From an uncultured Nitrospiraceae bacterium (GTDB lineage: Bacteria > Nitrospirota > Thermodesulfovibrionia > Thermodesulfovibrionales > SM23-35), in the NCBI GenBank assembly GCA_963725545.1, contig CAVRZG010000014.1, positions 733 to 64,732 of the forward strand: a stretch of 64,000 nt of DNA. The letters run 5' to 3'. Positions 59,295 to 64,000 of this stretch are shown here, piece after piece. The notes under the pieces are model-generated. The model was not told the DNA's origin. It ran no database searches and worked only from the letters and a program-made list of their open reading frames with translations. How positions within the stretch are numbered: position 1 is the first letter of the stretch; every line of letters begins with the position of its first letter. The position numbers and the translations under genes were made by a program.

Positions 59295-61261
59295 ACAAAG
59301 ACGTAAAAAGGCGTCGTCACAGGCAAAGGAAAGGCCAGTCCTACGAGAAGGTAATCCTTATCGGGAATCCGAACGTAGGCAAGAGTGTCATATTCGGACT
59401 GCTCACCGGACAATATGTCACTGTCTCAAACTATCCCGGCACAACTGTCGAAGTCTCATATGGAAACATTTCCCTGGGAGAGATACGATATACCCTGATT
59501 GATTCTCCGGGGGTGAACAACCTCACTCCCATGAGCGAAGACGAAAAGGTAACTCGGGACATCCTTCTCAAAGAGAAACCGGCAGCCGTTATACTTACCG
59601 CTGATGCAAAAAACCTCAAGAGGGCACTGATGCTGCTTGTACAGCTTTCAGAGATGGAACTCCCCTGCATACTCGATCTGAACATGGAAGACGAAGCAAA
59701 GGCGAGGGGCATTGAAATCGATTACGATAAACTCAGCGACATCCTTAATATTGAGGTTGTCGGCACTGTGGCCCCTCAGAGAATAGGTATATCCCGCTTA
59801 AAAGAAGCCATATTGAAACCCCGGTTTCCTTCTGTTGAAATGAAATATCACCCTGTGATCGAGGAGTATGCCTCAAAGATTTCGGTTATTCTCCCGGACG
59901 CTCCCATAGCCGCGCGGTCCATAGCCCTGATGATCCTCTCCGGAGACGAGAGCCTGAAAGACTGGCTCGTGACAAACCTAAGCGCGGAGAACATAAAAAA
60001 GATCGAGGATCTCAGAGATGAAGCCTTTTCCAGGCTTAAAAGCCCTGTCTCATATGAGATCAGCAACACCCGCATCAGGTTTTCAGAGAATATCGTGGCC
60101 CAGGTCCAAAAGCAGAGCAAAACCAGCGCAGGCGCCGTCATCCGGAAACTTGACCAGTGGACAATGCATCCCGTCCTGGGGATTCCGGTGTTTTTGCTTG
60201 CGGTAGTCTGTTTTTATGCCTTTGTCGGAAAGTTCGGGGCGGGTGTCCTCGTAGACTTCTTCCAGAATGTCATCTTCGGGAGATACCTTGCTCCTGCAAT
60301 TCAGAAATCCGTGACTTTTCTTCTTCCGGCAGGACTCATAAGGGACATGCTGATCAGCCAATACGGCATTTTTACTATGGCCCTGACCTATGCTGTGGGT
60401 ATCATACTGCCCATTACAACAACGTTCTTCATCGCCTTTGGATTCCTTGAGGACAGCGGCTATCTTCCCAGGCTTGCTGTAATGTCCGACAAGGCATTCA
60501 GATATCTCGGGCTCAACGGCAAGGCAATCCTGCCGATGATCCTCGGCCTCGGATGCGGCACCATGGCTGCCATGTCTACAAGGATACTCGAAACCAAAAG
60601 AGAAAAGATCATTGCGACATTCCTGATAGCGCTCGCAATTCCGTGTTCCGCCCAGCTGGGCGTGGTATTCGGCATGCTCGGGCTTATGTCGGTAAGGGCC
60701 GCATTGTGGTGGTCGGGATGCATTATTCTCGTGCTAATGTTGGCAGGATATCTTGCATCAAGGTTTGTCCCCGGTGAAAGGCCTGATTTCTTTATGGAAC
60801 TTCCCCCTCTAAGAATTCCCTCCATGGGCAACATATTGATGAAGACCCTTAGCAGGATCGAGTGGTACCTAAAAGAGGCCGTGCCTCTCTTTGTGATCGG
60901 GACCCTTATTCTTTTTGTACTTGACAGAATGCAGGCGTTAGGCCGGCTGGAGGCAATGGCATCTCCTGTAATTGTTCATTTTCTGGGACTTCCCGCAAAG
61001 ACAACAGAGGCGTTTCTGCTGGGATTTCTCAGAAGGGACTACGGGGCCGCAGGGATGTTCGAACTTGCGAGACAGGGTCTGCTGAACGAAAACCAGGCAA
61101 TCATTAGCCTCGTGACCCTGACCCTCTTTGTGCCATGTCTGGCGAATTTCTTCATGATCATAAAGGAACGCGGCGCGAAGACAGCAGCCTTGATGATGGC
61201 GCTGATTATACCCTTTGCATTGCTTGTAGGCGGGGCTTTGAATTTTATTCTGAATCTCTAG
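59273..61261 (+). CDS. feoB: ferrous iron transporter FeoB
   Basis: 662 aa. G-domain GNPNVGKS, DSPG; polytopic C-terminal permease. No feoA seen. Confidence 0.9.
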   Translation: MPEEKEIDKDVKRRRHRQRKGQSYEKVILIGNPNVGKSVIFGLLTGQYVTVSNYPGTTVEVSYGNISLGEIRYTLIDSPGVNNLTPMSEDEKVTRDILLKEKPAAVILTADAKNLKRALMLLVQLSEMELPCILDLNMEDEAKARGIEIDYDKLSDILNIEVVGTVAPQRIGISRLKEAILKPRFPSVEMKYHPVIEEYASKISVILPDAPIAARSIALMILSGDESLKDWLVTNLSAENIKKIEDLRDEAFSRLKSPVSYEISNTRIRFSENIVAQVQKQSKTSAGAVIRKLDQWTMHPVLGIPVFLLAVVCFYAFVGKFGAGVLVDFFQNVIFGRYLAPAIQKSVTFLLPAGLIRDMLISQYGIFTMALTYAVGIILPITTTFFIAFGFLEDSGYLPRLAVMSDKAFRYLGLNGKAILPMILGLGCGTMAAMSTRILETKREKIIATFLIALAIPCSAQLGVVFGMLGLMSVRAALWWSGCIILVLMLAGYLASRFVPGERPDFFMELPPLRIPSMGNILMKTLSRIEWYLKEAVPLFVIGTLILFVLDRMQALGRLEAMASPVIVHFLGLPAKTTEAFLLGFLRRDYGAAGMFELARQGLLNENQAIISLVTLTLFVPCLANFFMIIKERGAKTAALMMALIIPFALLVGGALNFILNL

Positions 61262-61319
61262 AGGGTTATCCTTGAACTCCTGTTATACAGGATATTCTCC
61301 CCTGTCCTTGCTAAACAAC

Positions 61320-61343
61320 AAAAAAGAGGGGCATACACCCCTC
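61320..61343 (-). terminator. Rho-independent terminator of the Tim44-like gene
   Basis: Minus strand GAGGGG-TGTATG-CCCCTC followed by TTTTTTGTTG. Confidence 0.65.
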
Positions 61344-61379
61344 CCGTCATGACTCCTTTTTGCGGCTAAATCTTTTTTT

Positions 61380-62243
61380 TCAGACCTGTCTTATATCATC
61401 CAGCTTCCAGTCCAGGCCCCTGCCTACAAATGCCCAGTATTCCCTTGCATCAGCAGGGGTCTCCTTTGAGCCCTCAACGATCTTATTGTCTTTATTTACG
61501 GTGTAATCTCTGAGGATGGTGTCTATCCGGACGACGGCAACCTTGTTGTCGCCTTCGCCTTCGACCTCGACTATGTTCACATCTCCGATGTAAACGATCT
61601 CAACAGTGTTTTTCAATCCCTGAGAATTTAGTTCCTGAAGCTGTTTGTCCAGATATTCATACATCCTGGCAGTTATGAGGTTCTTCACCGTGGAGAGGTC
61701 GCCTTTTGACCATGCTCCCTGAAGGGTCTTATACGTGCTCTGAGCCAGGTCCCTGATGAATTGTTCATCCACACTGACTGACTGTGTACCCGCCACGGCG
61801 CCCTCGTATGTCTCCATTTCCTTTACGGAACCCATATTCGAAGCATACTGGTAATTCATGGCCTGTTTTGCTTTTGCAAACCTCCTGAAAAGGAAAAAGA
61901 TAATTCCTCCGATTAGAAGGATTTCAATCAGACCCGGGGAGCCGAACTGAAATCCGTGTCCCATGAACATTGAAAGAAGTCCGCCCAACAGCATGCCGCC
62001 AACCAGTCCCTTGAACATCCCGCCATTGAAGAACGACGGCCTCTGTCCCGGCTGGGCCTGCTGGTTCTGAGACGACCTGTTGTAGGATTGCTGGTTGTTA
62101 GTCTGAGACGGTTGACTGTATCTTTGGGAATTGTAGCTCCTGAACCCCGAGGATGAACCTCTTCCCATTCTCGCAAACGACTCCGTTGTCGCAACTGTCA
62201 GAAATGCAAGAAGCGACAGCAGTATAATCAGTTTCTTTATCAT
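61380..62243 (-). CDS. Tim44-like domain membrane protein
   Basis: Signal/TM, Q/S/N-rich linker, Gly-rich TM segment, and a C-terminal Tim44-like fold pattern (FIRDLAQSTYKTLQGAWSKGDL...EYWAFVR-like). Confidence 0.65.
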   Translation of the reverse strand: MIKKLIILLSLLAFLTVATTESFARMGRGSSSGFRSYNSQRYSQPSQTNNQQSYNRSSQNQQAQPGQRPSFFNGGMFKGLVGGMLLGGLLSMFMGHGFQFGSPGLIEILLIGGIIFFLFRRFAKAKQAMNYQYASNMGSVKEMETYEGAVAGTQSVSVDEQFIRDLAQSTYKTLQGAWSKGDLSTVKNLITARMYEYLDKQLQELNSQGLKNTVEIVYIGDVNIVEVEGEGDNKVAVVRIDTILRDYTVNKDNKIVEGSKETPADAREYWAFVGRGLDWKLDDIRQV

Positions 62244-62444
62244 TAAGCCTCCCTGTTCTTAAATGAAATGAACAACCTATATTATATGCGGCCCATCCGG
62301 CAGAAAACAATCAAAAGCATTTTGCCATTTTTTTTGACGCATCCGAAATATGCAAACCGCAGACATGCCCAGACCTCAGCGAGGAATCAACATCATTTGA
62401 CGGATATGGTGATTTAAAAGATAAATTCGGGTATTATTACAAGA

Positions 62445-62674
62445 CATACCTGTCCAAAACAGAGATTTCAAAGCACCGGAGAGCAAGGTATATGGCTCGA
62501 TTTCTGAAGCAAAATCACGGGCAACCTTGAAGAGACCGAAGACGAAGCGGAGGTCTCAGCTCTGAATTTTGCATTGACATTGATGTCGGATAAAGGATTG
62601 CACTAAAACTCAGGTAGTTTTTTGCTTCAGAAATTGAGTCATATGCCTTTCCAATAATATTTTGGACAGCAATG
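62445..62674. mobile_element. repeat family C, copy 2 (230-bp MITE-like element) flanked by 9-bp direct repeats
   Basis: ATTACAAGA at 62436-62444 and 62675-62683. IR CTGTCCAAAA (62450-62459) / TTTTGGACAG (62661-62670). Long stem 62488-62514 / 62620-62646 with three G-U positions. Confidence 0.75.
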
Positions 62675-62728
62675 ATTACAAGAATAATGTTTAGTCAGCA
62701 GGATTGACAGGCAACAAAAGGAGCGGAA

Positions 62729-62896
62729 GTGTTTGATCTTGTCGGGAAGATGGTAACGGTAGAGGCAGTGGACGGCATTACCTATTCAGGGAAGCTTATC
62801 GAGATCGGAGAGGAAGAAGTGCATCTTGAATCGGAGATGGGGTGGATTGTGATACCGGTTGAAAGGGTCTCTGATATCCGGGAGAAAGATAGTTAA
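62729..62896 (+). CDS. unannotated small ORF (55 aa), possibly Sm-like fold
   Basis: GTG start 5 nt after AAGGAG. VFDLVGKMVTVEAVDGITYSGKLIEIGEEEVHLESEMGWIVIPVERVSDIREKDS. Below the track cutoff. Confidence 0.45.
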   Translation: MFDLVGKMVTVEAVDGITYSGKLIEIGEEEVHLESEMGWIVIPVERVSDIREKDS

Positions 62897-63645
62897 CCTA
62901 AATCCCCGAGAAGATGCTGGACCAGAGCTACCGCGGCTATGGCTGCAGTCTCAGCCCTGAGGATTCTTCTTCCCAGAGATGTAACGCTAAGGCCCTGTTC
63001 TTTTGCTGCCGCCACCTCCCATTTCGTAAAACCGCCTTCCGGACCGATTACGACAAACAAGGGTGAAGTCTGAGAGCAGGCGCTCGAAATCGCATGAGAC
63101 AGGCCCTCGCCTTCTTCTTCATAAAAGATGAATCCTCTCGCTTCCCTTTGTTCCATTGTCTCAGGTCCATTCCGGCCAATCTTCTCAATGAAACTCGGGA
63201 ACTCTGCAGGCTCCCTGACGAGAGGCACAAGAGTCCTCCCTGATTGCCGGGATGCCTCTTCCGCTATCTTCTGCCACCTGCTTGTCTTTCTGGTTTCTCT
63301 TAACTGGCTTCTCTCAGTGATGACCGGGATTATCTCCTTCACTCCGAGTTCGGTTGTCTTTTGGATAACCATATCCATCTTCTCGCCTTTCAGGAGACTC
63401 TGCACAAGTATGATGTTGACCGGAGACTCAAGATCGAATGGGAATTTCTCCAGGACTTCCGCAATGACTTCCTTCTTATCAGCTTTTGCAATGACGGTCC
63501 TATAGCAGTTACCCGTGCCGTCCAGGACGAAAAGCTCATCTCCGCTTCGGCACCTGAGCACAGTGGTGAGATACCGGGCTTTCTCAGAGGTGATGGAAAT
63601 CTTGCTGCCTTGAACAGTTGGAAGATATATTCTCGCCATATTCAA
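62893..63645 (-). CDS. rsmE: 16S rRNA (uracil1498-N3)-methyltransferase
   Basis: 250 aa, RsmE pattern including IGPEGGFT..E and SLG.RILRAETA. Confidence 0.88.
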   Translation of the reverse strand: MNMARIYLPTVQGSKISITSEKARYLTTVLRCRSGDELFVLDGTGNCYRTVIAKADKKEVIAEVLEKFPFDLESPVNIILVQSLLKGEKMDMVIQKTTELGVKEIIPVITERSQLRETRKTSRWQKIAEEASRQSGRTLVPLVREPAEFPSFIEKIGRNGPETMEQREARGFIFYEEEGEGLSHAISSACSQTSPLFVVIGPEGGFTKWEVAAAKEQGLSVTSLGRRILRAETAAIAAVALVQHLLGDLG

Positions 63646-63648
63646 CTA

Positions 63649-64000
<352 letters not shown>

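Overview
Gene-dense (about 90% coding) bacterial chromosomal window, apparently from a diderm. It carries Mla lipid-transport genes, glycan/LPS-type sugar genes, FeoB and a ccsA-like/hemA/hemC cluster. Most of it is housekeeping: uppS, nusB-ribH-ribBA-ribE, lepB, ROK glucokinase, recN, polX, asnS, DEAD-box helicase, cspA, hemA/hemC, mlaEFD plus mlaA/mlaC, topA-dprA, argG, hupB, fur-feoB, rsmE and galE. There are three accessory parts. (1) 12.6-14.8 kb is repeat-rich, with a Clp1-like P-loop kinase and a nested MITE composite whose three repeat families recur at 41.6, 58.1 and 62.5 kb. (2) A glycan-biosynthesis locus (18.9-22.3 kb and 32.6-40.8 kb) is interrupted by a roughly 10-kb defence-type island: higBA, an EcoEI-like type I R-M system, fic, a RAYT transposase with GTAG-headed REP palindromes, and a CDA-fold deaminase. 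(3) A cysteine-rich tandem-repeat lipoprotein lies at 47.0-48.4 kb. The sequence has many single-base frame breaks (at least 30 by eye), in core genes too and densest in the R-M island. Many track ORFs are therefore halves of one gene, and I merged them. I saw no rRNA, tRNA or CRISPR array. I found no clear-cut new multi-gene system. The best leads are the RAYT/REP-invaded R-M locus, the Fic with a convergent SxxxEG small ORF, the nested MITEs (one possibly a structured RNA and promoter donor), the unusual sugar pathway and two unannotated small ORFs.
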